Positions 26,174-31,855 of a DNA stretch of 32,000 nucleotides are shown piece by piece (the stretch's first letter is position 1; each line of letters starts with the position of its first letter). The translations under genes were made by a program, and so were the position numbers. The notes under the pieces are model-generated. The model did not search any database and was not told the origin of the DNA. It was given only the letters and a program-made list of their open reading frames with translations. This DNA comes from Paracoccus suum (GTDB lineage Bacteria; Pseudomonadota; Alphaproteobacteria; Rhodobacterales; Rhodobacteraceae): contig NZ_CP030918.1 in assembly GCF_003324675.1 (NCBI RefSeq), forward strand, positions 2,100,001 through 2,132,000, written 5' to 3'.

Positions 26174-26607
26174 CATGCGGCCTCCTCGAAAGGGGTGCGG
26201 GTGTCCTCGATGTCGGTGACCGGGGTCTCGCCGAGCAGCAGCACGGCGTCGTCGCGGGTCAGGTCGTGGCAGCAGAGCGACCAGGACGTGAGCGTGATCG
26301 TGGTCTCGGTGCCCCGACTGCCGCCCCAGCTGTAGGGCTCGGCGTGATACGTCTCGGCGCCGTAGCTGCCATCGCGGACGGCATCCTTGATCCGATCGAT
26401 CACCAGCTCATGCGCGCATTCGTCCAGCGCCGCCGAGGTGTTGATCGTGGTCAGCAGGTCGCGCAGGAACACGTCCTTGGCGGTGGCCACGCGGTCAGCG
26501 CGTCCGGTGCCCTCGCAGATCGGGCAGATGCCGGTCTTGGCGATCCCGGTGGCAAGGTCGCGGGCCTGTATGACGCGGGCGCCCTTGCAGCAGTGGCAGG
26601 AGGTCAC
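26173..26607 (-). CDS. phage protein with two DnaJ-type CxxCxGxG zinc-finger motifs
   Basis: CHCCKGAR and CPICEGTG lie 24 aa apart. GTG 26607 overlaps the TGA of the upstream small ORF (GTGA); the listed start at 26652 would overlap that ORF. Confidence 0.5.
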   Translation of the reverse strand: MTSCHCCKGARVIQARDLATGIAKTGICPICEGTGRADRVATAKDVFLRDLLTTINTSAALDECAHELVIDRIKDAVRDGSYGAETYHAEPYSWGGSRGTETTITLTSWSLCCHDLTRDDAVLLLGETPVTDIEDTRTPFEEAA

Positions 26608-26750
26608 AGCATACCCCCGATCAGGCGGTCGCCGTTCTGGATGAGCCAGCAATAGGTCGGGGCACCGAAGATCAGGGCCAAGGTGATAACCGCGCCGGTG
26701 AGCGCGGACACGGGGTTCTCGCGCCAGACGTTGAGCAGGTCGCGGATCAT
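26604..26750 (-). CDS. small single-pass membrane protein (48 aa), not in the supplied ORF track
   Basis: My translation: MIRDLLNVWRENPVSALTGAVITLALIFGAPTYCWLIQNGDRLIGGML. ATGA overlap upstream and GTGA overlap downstream. Confidence 0.5.
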   Translation of the reverse strand: MIRDLLNVWRENPVSALTGAVITLALIFGAPTYCWLIQNGDRLIGGML

Positions 26751-26947
26751 TGCGTTTTCCCCGACAAGAACAGCTCAGCTTCCGCGATCAGCTCGCGGGC
26801 AGCTTCGGCGCGCTGTTGCTCGGTGATCTGGCGCATCGCCTTGCCGGCCTCGCGGCGCTTCTCGGCGGCGGCTGCCTTGTCCAGATGGTCGGTGCAGCAG
26901 TCCAGCATCATCGCCATGCGGCGGATCAGTTCATCGGGATCAGCCAT
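26747..26947 (-). CDS. hypothetical phage protein (66 aa, helical/charged)
   Basis: MADPDELIRRMAMMLDCCTDHLDKAAAAEKRREAGK... ATGA junctions on both sides. Confidence 0.5.
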   Translation of the reverse strand: MADPDELIRRMAMMLDCCTDHLDKAAAAEKRREAGKAMRQITEQQRAEAARELIAEAELFLSGKTQ

Positions 26948-27240
26948 CACAGCGCGTCCCCCACCGCGTCCTCGCAGGTGGCGCGGACGAAGGCCCCGTA
27001 GACATCCGGCTCGCCTTCCCAATCGAAGCCATTACTGACGATGGTCTTCACGAGCGGCTTGACGGAGACGGGCATGTCGCTGGCCGAGAGCATGGCGACG
27101 GCCTGACGCTCGGTCAGGGTGCCGGACTGGTGCGCCTCGACCATGAGGCTGCCGAGATCGCCCAGCGTGTCGCAGACATCAGAGGCGTGGGCCGGGCCGG
27201 TCAGGGCGATCAGAGCGGCGGCGGCGAGGATGCGGTGCAT
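26947..27240 (-). CDS. small secreted protein, first gene of the leftward early operon
   Basis: Signal peptide MHRILAAAALIALTGPAHA|SD. GGGAG lies 7 nt upstream of ATG 27240. Confidence 0.6.
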   Translation of the reverse strand: MHRILAAAALIALTGPAHASDVCDTLGDLGSLMVEAHQSGTLTERQAVAMLSASDMPVSVKPLVKTIVSNGFDWEGEPDVYGAFVRATCEDAVGDAL

Positions 27241-27279
27241 GGTGGTCTCCCTCTGCGCCGGGGTGGCGCGTTGGGATCA

Positions 27280-27308
27280 GGTCTACTAGCAAACTAGTAT
27301 GCCGTCAA
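27280..27308 (-). promoter_or_regulatory. PL-like promoter candidate
   Basis: On the minus strand: TTGACG (27308-27303), a 17-nt spacer, then TAGACC (27285-27280, a weak -10). The spacer is almost entirely the operator palindrome. Confidence 0.3.
27284..27299. promoter_or_regulatory. OL-type operator: perfect palindrome TACTAG-CAAA-CTAGTA
   Basis: A 16-nt inverted repeat read directly from the sequence. A third CTAG lies at 27326-27329 (aaaaCTAGTg). Confidence 0.55.
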
Positions 27309-27394
27309 CGACAAAAACAAGAAAACTAGTGATCGGTCATCGACGCGCATGGCCCATGCGCCCAGAATGGGTGCAAAAGCCACGAAGCGCGCAG

Positions 27395-27997
27395 CTAGAG
27401 GTCGATGTAGGAGCGGTAGACGCGACCTATAACGCGGACTCCGGCGGGGAAAGCTGGCGGCTCTATCCCCTCCTTGTAGGTGAGGGGTTGAAACACCGGA
27501 TCGCGGTCGGGCTGGTAGGCCTTGTAGGTGGCCTCCCCTGTCTCGGGGTGGGCGACGATGTAGCACCGTCCAGCCACAAGGCGAGTATCATCGAGGTTCA
27601 CGAGTAGCACAGAATCCGGTGGAGACAACTTGCTCATCGAGAACCCTTCGACACGCAGCCCGATCCAGCGACCAGGAGGAAGCCCAGACGTTGCTACGGT
27701 TGGATAGTCCGAAAGATTGTCGACGCTATCGTGGTCCTTGATCTGGCCGGCGCTCACCCATGACACCAGAGGGACCATCTCGACCGACGGTGGCGACACG
27801 GAAGCAAACCGTCGGTCAATATCGGACGCCTGCACCCCGAGCGCTGCCGCAATGTCTGGCAGTTTCTTCGTAGAGGTAGGCGCGTCGCGCTCAAGCTGTG
27901 AGATCAGTTGCTGAGAGACCTTGGCCCGGCGCGCAAGCTCCGCCTGGGACATGCCAGCTTCTTCTCTGAAGCGCTTGAGATTCCGACCGATCGTCAT
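27395..27997 (-). CDS. CI/LexA-like phage repressor (XRE HTH + S24 peptidase domain)
   Basis: HTH block LKRFREEAGMSQAELARRAKVSQQLISQLE. S24 block with GFSMS (Ser nucleophile) and a downstream Lys (EATYKAY). The start is ATG 27997 (no SD) or TTG 28051. Confidence 0.85.
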   Translation of the reverse strand: MTIGRNLKRFREEAGMSQAELARRAKVSQQLISQLERDAPTSTKKLPDIAAALGVQASDIDRRFASVSPPSVEMVPLVSWVSAGQIKDHDSVDNLSDYPTVATSGLPPGRWIGLRVEGFSMSKLSPPDSVLLVNLDDTRLVAGRCYIVAHPETGEATYKAYQPDRDPVFQPLTYKEGIEPPAFPAGVRVIGRVYRSYIDL

Positions 27998-28045
27998 GGC
28001 GCGGGAATAGCAGATCGGACTTTTCCCGTCCGACAAGATTTCTAG

Positions 28046-28074
28046 TTGCAATGCAGTCGGCCCTCAACTAGATT
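28046..28074 (+). promoter_or_regulatory. PR-like promoter candidate driving a leaderless cro-like mRNA
   Basis: TTGCAA (28046-28051), a 17-nt spacer, then TAGATT (28069-28074). The ATG at 28081 lies 7 nt after the -10 and has no SD. Confidence 0.4.
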
Positions 28075-28080
28075 TCTAGT
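28067..28080. promoter_or_regulatory. OR-type operator: perfect inverted repeat ACTAGA-TT-TCTAGT
   Basis: It has the same CTAG-N4-CTAG geometry as the OL site, overlaps the putative -10 and abuts the cro ATG. An extra CTAG lies at 28042-28045. Confidence 0.55.
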
Positions 28081-28302
28081 ATGACGCACTTCCGCCCCCA
28101 CATCGAACGCGCCATCGACCTGCTCGGCTCGCAAGCCAAGCTGGCAGAGGCGGCGAAATGTTCGCAGCAGCAAATCTCGTATCTCCTGCGCGCGCCCTCG
28201 ATCACCGCCGAGATGGCCCTCGCGATCGAGGCTGCGACCGGCGGGCAGGTCAGTAAGTCGGTTCTTCGCCCGGACATTTTCCAAGAACGAGGCGCAGCAT
28301 GA
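28081..28302 (+). CDS. Cro/YdaS-type HTH regulator
   Basis: AIDLLGSQAKLAEAAKCSQQQISYLL...ITAEMALAIEAATGGQVSKSVLRPDIF is the YdaS/Cro-like pattern. The gene is divergent from the CI gene. Confidence 0.7.
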   Translation: MTHFRPHIERAIDLLGSQAKLAEAAKCSQQQISYLLRAPSITAEMALAIEAATGGQVSKSVLRPDIFQERGAA

Positions 28303-28460
28303 CCCGTCTCGGCAGCGCGACGGTGCACGCCGCTACCGGCATAGGGTATGTGATCCTGGCCTATCGGTCGGAGCCGGGACCTCTGGCCGCTACGCTCGCG
28401 ACGTGTGGCGTGTTGTTCGCTGCTCTTTCCCTCGTCGAACTTTTGGGGTCGCGCAAATGA
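28299..28460 (+). CDS. small hydrophobic protein (53 aa), not in the supplied ORF track
   Basis: My translation: MTRLGSATVHAATGIGYVILAYRSEPGPLAATLATCGVLFAALSLVELLGSRK. The ATG overlaps the cro TGA (ATGA). Confidence 0.45.
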   Translation: MTRLGSATVHAATGIGYVILAYRSEPGPLAATLATCGVLFAALSLVELLGSRK

Positions 28461-28562
28461 CCGCCCCCTCAGACACACGCAGCGGTCCTCCCTCCGCGAC
28501 GCCCGAGCCGGGGCGGGTGCGCGTGCACCCCGGCACATCACATCCCCAGCAAAGGACACGCC

Positions 28563-28718
28563 ATGATCCTTCTCGCGGCCGTTGTCGGCCTCAACGTGCT
28601 GGCGACCGCCGTACTGGCGGCGTGGGCGATATACAGGATTCGGCGCCTGCGTGTGAGCGTCAGGCTCGCGCACGGCGATCTGGAAGATCTGAAGCACTAC
28701 AGAGAGCGCCACGGCTAG
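28563..28718 (+). CDS. small N-terminally anchored membrane protein (51 aa), not in the supplied ORF track
   Basis: My translation: MILLAAVVGLNVLATAVLAAWAIYRIRRLRVSVRLAHGDLEDLKHYRERHG. AAAGGA lies about 8 nt upstream. GC3 is high. Confidence 0.45.
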   Translation: MILLAAVVGLNVLATAVLAAWAIYRIRRLRVSVRLAHGDLEDLKHYRERHG

Positions 28719-28834
28719 CCGTATCTCTGCTCCGCATCGTGCAGCGCAGCGAGCAATCCTCGCCCGGTTGTCGCTCCCTTCAGCGTAGCGATCTCCCGAA
28801 CCAGCAGAGCGACCTGCTTCTCCAGGCGCCGCAA
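28715..28834 (-). CDS. possible 39-aa helical peptide encoded antisense to the early-right operon
   Basis: AGGAGG (28846-28841), 6 nt, then TTG 28834. Translation: (M)RRLEKQVALLVREIATLKGATTGRGLLAALHDAEQRYG. This frame has the best GC3 of the three. Its stop overlaps the stop of 28563..28718 within CTAG. Confidence 0.3.
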   Translation of the reverse strand: MRRLEKQVALLVREIATLKGATTGRGLLAALHDAEQRYG

Positions 28835-28895
28835 TGCGCTCCTCCTGATCCTTGGATTCCATTCGGCATCTCCTTCGCATGAGCCGGGTGGATAC

Positions 28896-28925
28896 GTGCC
28901 GTCCCTGTTCCCGCAGGGGCGGCAC
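28896..28925. other. strong 12-bp hairpin in a non-coding gap of the early-right region
   Basis: gtgccgtccctg / loop ttcccg / caggggcggcac (one G-T pair). There is no T-tract on either side. Confidence 0.4.
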
Positions 28926-28969
28926 GGGCAAAGTCGCTTCGCGCAGGCTCTGACGCAAGAGGCTCGCTC

Positions 28970-29221
28970 ATGACCCCCTCACATCCCCTCCACTATCCGC
29001 GCGACCAGATCGCCGATGTGGATCCAGTCGTTCTGCCCGCCCCGCTCGCGGCGCTGTCGTTCGACGAACTGATGGCCGTTCGCGAGATGTTGGACGCCAA
29101 GGATCGCGCAAGCGCCGCCATCGGTGACGACGAGTCCTGCACATCCGTCCACGTCGATGACGAGGCCATCACCGTCACGCTGACCGCTGGCTATCGGCGG
29201 ACCTCCGGGGGCGCCCGATGA
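28970..29221 (+). CDS. hypothetical phage protein (83 aa, acidic)
   Basis: AGAGG lies upstream of ATG 28970. GC3 is high. No motif recognised. Confidence 0.45.
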   Translation: MTPSHPLHYPRDQIADVDPVVLPAPLAALSFDELMAVREMLDAKDRASAAIGDDESCTSVHVDDEAITVTLTAGYRRTSGGAR

Positions 29222-29298
29222 TCCATCAGGCCACCCCCCATTTCTCTGCTGCTGTCGATCGGTCCTCACACCCGATCAACAGCACAAGGAGTGACGAC

Positions 29299-29532
29299 AT
29301 GTCGTCCGGATTTAAGTCCGACCCTCGCAGCTTCGACCAACACCTGCGCGACGCCTGGATCGAGCTGACCAACAAGCACTTCCAGAGCGCTGAGCATGTC
29401 GCCGTGTTTTTCGGCGTCACCGAGAAGGCCGCGCGCAACTGGCGCGATGGCGTCACCGGGCCCAGGGGCGGCGCTGTCGCCTACGCGATCAAGAACGTGC
29501 CGGGGGCGGCTGAAAAGCTGCTGGGCGCATGA
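29299..29532 (+). CDS. small phage protein with putative HTH (VAVFFGVTEKAARNWRDG)
   Basis: Strong AAGGAG lies 7 nt upstream of ATG 29299. An alternative ATG 29218 (ATGA overlap with the previous ORF) would add 27 aa. Confidence 0.5.
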   Translation: MSSGFKSDPRSFDQHLRDAWIELTNKHFQSAEHVAVFFGVTEKAARNWRDGVTGPRGGAVAYAIKNVPGAAEKLLGA

Positions 29533-29708
29533 TGGACGATCTCATCATCGCCGTCGTGCGCATCGAGGCGCGTGCTGCCGCCGCCGTTCGTGCTTTCGGC
29601 GGATGGTGGTTCGCGAGCGCCGTAGGTCGGGGGCTTCATGCCCTCGCCCGCCGGGAAGAAAAGTCCGTCGCTTTGTCCGCCGGCCGCCGCGACGGGGGCG
29701 AGGCATGA
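29529..29708 (+). CDS. small hypothetical protein (59 aa), not in the supplied ORF track
   Basis: My translation: MMDDLIIAVVRIEARAAAAVRAFGGWWFASAVGRGLHALARREEKSVALSAGRRDGGEA. ATGA overlaps at both ends. Confidence 0.4.
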   Translation: MMDDLIIAVVRIEARAAAAVRAFGGWWFASAVGRGLHALARREEKSVALSAGRRDGGEA

Positions 29709-30325
29709 GCCAGAACCGCAGCACGGCCGTCATGCAGCGGCGCGTCGAGGCGCATGACAGCCTCGATGATTTTCCGACTCCGCCATGGGCTACGCGCGCG
29801 CTGTGCGAATGGCTGCGCGACCGCGAGGGTTACAGCCTCGGCGACATGACCGTGCGCGAGCCGGCCGCGAATCGTGGCTACATGGTGAAACCTCTGGCCG
29901 AGTACTTCGGCACGGTCGAAGCATCCGACGTTCACGACTACGGGGCAGGCTATCCGGTTCAGGACTACCTGTTTCCCGTGCCCCTCGCGCCGGTCGACTG
30001 GACCATCACGAACCCGCCCTTCCGCTTGGCTGAACAGTTCGTCCACCGGGCCTTCGCCACGTCCGACGTGGGGGTCGCGGTCATCGTCCGCAGCGCCTTC
30101 CTGGAGGGGATCGGTCGTTACGAGCGGCTGTTCCGCGACAATCCCCCTTCGCTGACCCTGCAGTTCACCGAGCGCGTGCCGATGGTGAAGGGGCGCCATG
30201 ACCCTGATGCCACGACGGCCACCTCCTACTGCTGGTTGGTCTGGATGATGGGTGAATCCATGCCTCGCATGGGCTGGATACCGCCCTGTCGTAAGCGCCT
30301 CGAGCGGGCAGGGGACGCGGCATGA
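29705..30325 (+). CDS. orphan DNA methyltransferase (amino-MTase with TNPPF catalytic motif)
   Basis: DDFPTPPWATRAL (an FxTP-type motif) and WTITNPPF (an NPPF motif IV-type block). 206 aa. There is no adjacent endonuclease-like ORF. Confidence 0.6.
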   Translation: MSQNRSTAVMQRRVEAHDSLDDFPTPPWATRALCEWLRDREGYSLGDMTVREPAANRGYMVKPLAEYFGTVEASDVHDYGAGYPVQDYLFPVPLAPVDWTITNPPFRLAEQFVHRAFATSDVGVAVIVRSAFLEGIGRYERLFRDNPPSLTLQFTERVPMVKGRHDPDATTATSYCWLVWMMGESMPRMGWIPPCRKRLERAGDAA

Positions 30326-30540
30326 CGCTTCCCGCTCCCACCCCCGAACAGAAGCGCGCCGTCTGGAACGCAATCGCGCCACCCGCGCAGCTGAATGTCG
30401 ACGGCATTATCGCCGCCACCGGCCTGTCCGACCGCATCGTGTGGGAAGTGATCGCCCTCGGCCGCGCTGCGGGGCAGATCGAGATCCACGACGCGGACCG
30501 CCAGGCCGTCTGGATCAGCCGCAGCGAGGTCGCGGCATGA
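30322..30540 (+). CDS. hypothetical phage protein (72 aa, possible winged-helix)
   Basis: ATGA junctions on both sides and high GC3. Confidence 0.45.
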   Translation: MTLPAPTPEQKRAVWNAIAPPAQLNVDGIIAATGLSDRIVWEVIALGRAAGQIEIHDADRQAVWISRSEVAA

Positions 30541-30884
30541 CCCGGCGCGGCTTCAAGAAGTTCGGCAACATCCCGGTCGAGTACGACGGCATGCGCTTTG
30601 ACAGCCAACGGGAGATGGCGCGCTACGCCGCTCTCAAGCTGCTCGAAAAGGGCGGCGCTATCCGTGATCTGCGCCGGCAGGTCCGCCTTCCCCTCGAAGG
30701 GCGTGACGGCCCGGTCCGCTTCCAGCCGTCGAACCGCGTCGCCGTCTACGTCGCTGACTTTGTCTATTTCGACACCGCGCGCGGGCTCGAGGTGATCGAG
30801 GACGCCAAGGGCCACCGTACCCCCGAATACAAGCTCAAGAGGGCCATTCTGGCCGCGCAGGGCGTGGAGATCATCGAGACATGA
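30537..30884 (+). CDS. DUF1064 domain protein (PD-(D/E)xK-like, phage replication/recombination module)
   Basis: YDGMRFDSQREMARYAALKLL...IRDLRRQV...YVADFVYFD...VIEDAKG...EYKLKRAI is the DUF1064 pattern as I recall it. Confidence 0.65.
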   Translation: MTRRGFKKFGNIPVEYDGMRFDSQREMARYAALKLLEKGGAIRDLRRQVRLPLEGRDGPVRFQPSNRVAVYVADFVYFDTARGLEVIEDAKGHRTPEYKLKRAILAAQGVEIIET

Positions 30885-31855
30885 GCGCTTTGACCAACCA
30901 CCGCCACGAGGTGGCGCTGACCGGACTCTGGCACGACTATGCCAACCTCTTCCCGATGCTCGATGCGGCTGCGCAGGATCGACTTCGCGATGACATCCGA
31001 CAGTTCGGTGTCCGGGAGCCGATTGTTCTGTTCAACGGGCGCATCTTGGATGGTCGCAATCGCTATATGGCAGCGCGCGATCTGGGGCTGGAGTTTCCGG
31101 TGGCGGATTATGCCGGCACGGACGCTGAGGCTCTGGCCTATGTCCTGTCGACTAACCTGCACCGGCGGCACCTGACCGAAAGCCAACGCGCGGCGGTTGC
31201 GGCCAAACTGGCGAACATGCCTCAAGGCGCACGAACTGATTTGGAACCTTCCGCAAATCTGCGGAAGGTCTCGACCGCAGAAGCTGCCACTATGTTGAAC
31301 GTCGGCACGCGCACAGTTGAGGCGGCGAAGGCGGTACTCGACCATGGAGCGCCAGAATTGGCGGCCCAAGTCGAAAGCGGAGAAGTTGCCGTTTCGGCCG
31401 CAGCCGAGGTTGCGCGACTGCCAGGAGCCGAACAAGCCGAGGTGGTCGCAGCTGGGCCACAGGCCGTGAAGGCTAGAGCGAAAACAATCCGCGACGAACG
31501 CAAGGCCAAGTCTACAACCGCCAACCCGCACCCGACCCGCGCCCTGACGCGCGAGGCGCTGACCGACGATCTGGCCGGGCTGCGCGAGGAAAACGCGGAG
31601 CTGCGTTCGAAGCTGGTCGCTGCCGAGGCGCGAATTGCCGACCTGGAGCGTGCCAACGCCGAGCTGGCCCACAGCGAGAGCGGCCGCATCATTGCCGACC
31701 TGCAAGCCCAGCGAGACCGCGAGAAGGCGGCAAAGGGCAAGAAGATGGACGAGCTGGCCGTCGAGGCCCGCAAGCTGCGCGCCGCCGATAAGCGGATTGC
31801 CGATCTGGAGCGGGAATTGGCCGCCTCGCGGGAGCGGGAGGCAATCCCGCTGTGA
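30881..31855 (+). CDS. ParB-like N-terminal (nuclease/CTPase-fold) domain protein with HTH and C-terminal coiled coil
   Basis: EPIVLFNGRILDGRNRYMAA is the ParB/Srx box. An HTH block follows (STAEAATMLNVGTRTVEAAK). The tail repeats the motif RIADLER twice. Confidence 0.7.
   Translation: MSALTNHRHEVALTGLWHDYANLFPMLDAAAQDRLRDDIRQFGVREPIVLFNGRILDGRNRYMAARDLGLEFPVADYAGTDAEALAYVLSTNLHRRHLTESQRAAVAAKLANMPQGARTDLEPSANLRKVSTAEAATMLNVGTRTVEAAKAVLDHGAPELAAQVESGEVAVSAAAEVARLPGAEQAEVVAAGPQAVKARAKTIRDERKAKSTTANPHPTRALTREALTDDLAGLREENAELRSKLVAAEARIADLERANAELAHSESGRIIADLQAQRDREKAAKGKKMDELAVEARKLRAADKRIADLERELAASREREAIPL

Noticed and set aside
27345-27361. The 17-nt palindrome gcgcatgg-c-ccatgcgc downstream of the repressor stop, as a possible terminator or third operator.
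   Set aside because: As a hairpin it would have a 1-nt loop, and no T-tract follows. It does not share the CTAG motif. There is insufficient support for any function.
28403-28882. A 159-aa plus-strand ORF, and the ATGA-coupled start at 28457, in the early-right region.
   Set aside because: The sequence is Pro/Arg/Ser/Gln-rich. GC3 drops once the better 28563 frame begins. It overlaps two better-supported small ORFs. I keep it only as part of the 'anomalous segment' finding.
28068-28958. A 296-aa minus-strand ORF covering the cro region.
   Set aside because: It is antisense to the Cro-like gene and the small TM ORFs, is Arg-rich, and has poor GC3.
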